Positions 62,001 to 64,000 of a stretch of 64,000 nucleotides of DNA are shown here, piece after piece; the first letter of the stretch is position 1, and each line of letters opens with the position of its first letter. The stretch lies in IMG/VR virus record IMGVR_UViG_3300028886_000055, positions 1-64,000 of that record. One strand, given 5' to 3'. The notes beneath the pieces are model-generated. The model ran no database searches. It saw only the letters and a program-made list of their open reading frames with translations, and was not told the origin of the DNA. Source of the DNA: a virus. Lineage: Duplodnaviria > Caudoviricetes. Made by a program: the position numbers and the translations under genes.

Positions 62001-62135
62001 GCTTGGCTACTGATTACCCCAATTTTAATTGAAGGGCTCCCAGTAATTCACGAAATTTGCAATTAGTTATCACTAACTAATGGAGCGAAATTCACTCATT
62101 GTTGGTCTTTTTGTTATGAAATTTGCTACGATCAT
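59084..62135 (-). CDS. major capsid protein, four exons (62135-62094, 61826-61329, 60340-59485, 59112-59084), 474 aa spliced
   Basis: Joined exons (1425 nt) read MIVANFITKRPTMS|ETRTYEDFYKFLG...PELHEEG|YVKY(Q)SNIEKHR...DGLIPQVERYA...AVFNP|YRSFILREA. Every junction has exon-U / intron-terminal G. Lies downstream of an acidic scaffold gene. Confidence 0.9.
59113..59484 (-). mobile_element. group I intron 3 in MCP (372 nt, no ORF)
   Basis: P7 halves CTCTAACGACTA / GATGATATAGTCTGA, P3 TCGGG/CCCGA, IGS CTGTGAGGCTT pairing with exon AATCCTT (U.G) and with ACAG (P10), terminal G. Confidence 0.85.
60341..61328 (-). mobile_element. group I intron 2 in MCP (988 nt) carrying a homing endonuclease
   Basis: AATTGCTGGGAA / AATCAGCAGCCAAG / GGTTCAACGACTA / AAGATATAGTC core. 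IGS GCTCTCTTC pairs with exon GAAGAGGGT. P10 TTTTACAT pairs with 3' exon ATGTAAAA. Confidence 0.92.
60384..61097 (-). CDS. intron-encoded GIY-YIG homing endonuclease with NUMOD1-like repeats (237 aa, TAG=Gln)
   Basis: MKYIVYQTVCKINNKIYIGVH...FDGYIGNG...YNLALGG and VYMYDLDGNFVREFDS. The two track ORFs join through one TAG at 60615. The TAA stop overlaps the intron S element. Confidence 0.9.
61827..62093 (-). mobile_element. group I intron 1 in MCP (267 nt, no ORF)
   Basis: AATTACTGGGA / AATCAGTAGCCAAG / GGTTCAACGACTA / GATGATATAGTCTGA core. P1 ATGAGT with GCTCCAT, P10 TTTC with GAAA, terminal G at 61827. Confidence 0.9.
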
Positions 62136-62151
62136 AAACTTAAAATCTTTA

Positions 62152-63183
62152 TTAAATTAAACTGTCATATAAATCACCATCTGTTTTTGGTGCTTTATTT
62201 GATTTACGTGGTTTCCTTACGACTGCCTTTGCAGAATTGACGTTACCACTTTTTGCATCTTCTACACCTCGGTTGTAATTGTTTCTAGCAACCTCGGTAA
62301 TTTGTTGTTTATAATAATTATTTAACTCTCTAAAAGCATCTTGACCTCTAGTTAACCACCAAGCCATCTAGAAAATCGCATTAGGGTCATTCAATGCTTT
62401 TGCTATATGTCTTACACCTGCTGCATCAGAATCAAGAATAAAGCTAGCAACAGTATTCATATCTTCATCAGACATTTCCATAGGAATGCCTCCAAGATCA
62501 ATATCTCTATTTTGTTCAATAGTATTAAGTATTGTATCTTTAAATTGATTCATCTGTTGTTCTTGAGCTTCTCGAGCCTATTCCTCATACTAAGTTCGTT
62601 CTTCATCTTCTTTAGCTTTATATTCACTACGTAATGCTTCAACTTTCTTTTGGAACAACTCCTCATTATTTTTAGCATTAGTAAGTTCTTCTACAGCTTC
62701 GTCTTCAGTGATATTAGGAATCTTCGATCGAAGATCATATACAAATAATTCTTCATCTGAATAATCGTCAATATTATAAACAGGTTCATTAGACCCTTGA
62801 TTCTGTAAATAATTCTAAATAGCCTGTTGCGCAATATAATTATTATAATCATCAACTGACCAATTATTGGTACGCATCGCATTTAGAAGATTAATTTCAG
62901 AATCGTCCAAATCTGCTGAATCATCACGATCATTCAAGATTGACATCTAATCCTCTAATGATAGTTCATTAAAAGGAACTTCTTCATATCCATTTTCAGT
63001 TTCAAATTTAACTGAATCTGGATTTATACCTTTACTTCTTAGAAAGTAATCGAGCACATCACCAGAATCATCTTCCTATTCAGAGTACTCATAAGATTCT
63101 TCCTAAGGCTCTTCCTCGTGTTCTTCAATTTGTGGATCATCGTTTTCCAGCAAATCGTCTTCCCAATTGTTTAAATCATCCAT
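62152..63183 (-). CDS. probable capsid scaffolding protein (343 aa, acidic, TAG=Gln)
   Basis: Very Asp/Glu-rich N-terminus and coiled-coil middle, directly upstream of MCP. Fragments 62152 and 62368 are joined by TAG. Confidence 0.72.
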
Positions 63184-63214
63184 AAATCATTAGTTCTTAT
63201 TAACATTAAATATC

Positions 63215-63862
63215 TCATTTCCGGGATTTTAAATAATTTATAATCCCTTTTACATGTCCATCAGCAATTTTCTATCTACCTTCATCTGTTGTGAGAAAAT
63301 CTAAATTTTCTCTACAAGTATAAAAAAAGTTCTCAGTTAATACTGCAGGACATAAGCTTTTTTTAATGATATAGAAATTACTTTCGTAATCTACATCTCC
63401 ATCTTTTGTATCTTTGCCGAACTTTTTATCGGGCATTTCATTTTTACAAGCTTCCCAAAGACAATCTGCTAATTTGTCGGAATTAGTTTTACCAACAGTA
63501 GTCCATACTGTCCAATAATTAGCTTTAGGAAACCATTCATTTCCAAGTCCTAAGGCATTAGCATGAATACTTACAAGTATTACATTTCCAGCTCCAAGTT
63601 TTTTACACCAATTGTTAACTCGATTAACTCTGCTGGCTAAACTAATGTCTTGATCTTCAGGAACTAGTAATTCTGCGTCATAATGTAACGCTTTTAACTG
63701 GTCAACAATTTTCTTTGCTACTAATCGGTTGAAAGTCCCTTCTCTAAAACGCTATTTATAAATAGTCTCATCGGTTATATCCGTTACTATTGGACTCGCT
63801 TTACCTTTTGTATAGTCCTTATTTCCGTGACCATTGTCAATTAGTATTTTTATATCAGCCAT
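63215..63862 (-). CDS. N-acetylmuramoyl-L-alanine amidase (Amidase_3, endolysin; 215 aa, TAG=Gln)
   Basis: ILIDNGHG...FREGTFNR...DISLASRV...LVSIHANA...CPAVLTENFFY. Two in-frame TAG codons (63752, 63272). Absent from the ORF track. Confidence 0.9.
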
Positions 63863-64000
63863 AATATACTTCCGATAATTAATCCTGTTATTGTACCAAT
63901 AGAATCTGCAAATACGTCATACCAATCCCATTTATTATTAGGATTAACCTTATCGCCGTATTCTTTTCCCCAGGCTGCAGCAGTAGATACTAGGATTCCA
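63850..64000 (-). CDS. small membrane protein (YfiM/VanZ-like pattern), 5'-truncated
   Basis: ...AAAWGKEYGDKVNPNNKWDWYDVFADSIGTITGLIIGSILWLI-TAA, overlapping the amidase start. Confidence 0.6.
   Translation of the reverse strand, partial: GILVSTAAAWGKEYGDKVNPNNKWDWYDVFADSIGTITGLIIGSILWLI

Noticed and set aside
16451-62634. Plus-strand ORFs in the late arm (16451, 21981, 24325, 25087, 27013, 28792, 30182, 30994, 42039, 46792, 50595, 56463, 59206, 62407 and others)
   Set aside because: They are antisense shadows of the recoded genes or introns, with Phe/Ile/Ser-rich composition and no motifs.
40357-62882. Off-frame minus ORFs 40357..40707, 56027..56248 and 62691..62882
   Set aside because: They overlap, in another frame, genes that are continuous under TAG=Gln.
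11343-63217. TGA reassignment as well as TAG
   Set aside because: TGA occurs at real gene ends (11343, 40091, 45719, 53557, 54114, 55977, 63215), often as ATGA overlaps.
11343-63862. Minus arm as a field of pseudogenes or a sequencing-error region
   Set aside because: The breaks examined are all TAG, the frames are conserved, and TAG falls on conserved Gln positions. No frameshifts are needed.
1-64000. Suppressor tRNA-CUA, other tRNAs, CRISPR array, DGR/reverse transcriptase, integrase
   Set aside because: None was recognised by eye and there is very little intergenic space. The suppressor presumably lies outside the window. tRNAscan-SE or ARAGORN would be needed to be certain.

Overview
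This AT-rich 64 kb window is part of a crAss-like (Crassvirales) phage genome, most likely infecting a Bacteroidota host. Two convergent arms meet at a bidirectional terminator (~11303-11343). The + arm (1-11301) is a replication/metabolism and host-interaction block: ATP-dependent ligase, family-B DNA polymerase, DUF3310, thioredoxin, ThyX, a lipoprotein plus OmpA-family protein, metallophosphoesterase and AAA ATPase. It uses TAG neither as stop nor as sense. The - arm (11343-64000) is the virion/late block and looks shattered only because TAG is reassigned to Gln (code 15). Reading TAG as Q restores about 20 genes: four giant cargo proteins (a ~3500-aa virion RNA polymerase with DYDID, a ~3073-aa protein with an SF1 helicase domain, a HExxH zincin protein and a ~1532-aa protein), further cargo proteins, muzzle/ring/IHF-like tail genes, an auxiliary capsid protein, a scaffold and an amidase. 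The major capsid gene is split by three group I introns, one carrying a GIY-YIG homing endonuclease. Most notable observations: (i) terminal cysteines facing each other at each junction of the four giant cargo genes; (ii) intron 3 carries an in-frame, same-length duplicate of the capsid C-terminus, so spliced and unspliced RNA would both give a complete protein; (iii) a recurring K/R-x-aromatic-x-x-GG-like motif in the smaller cargo proteins. Giant-gene boundaries come from frame agreement of the ORF fragments plus manual reading of the ends. Not every internal codon was checked.
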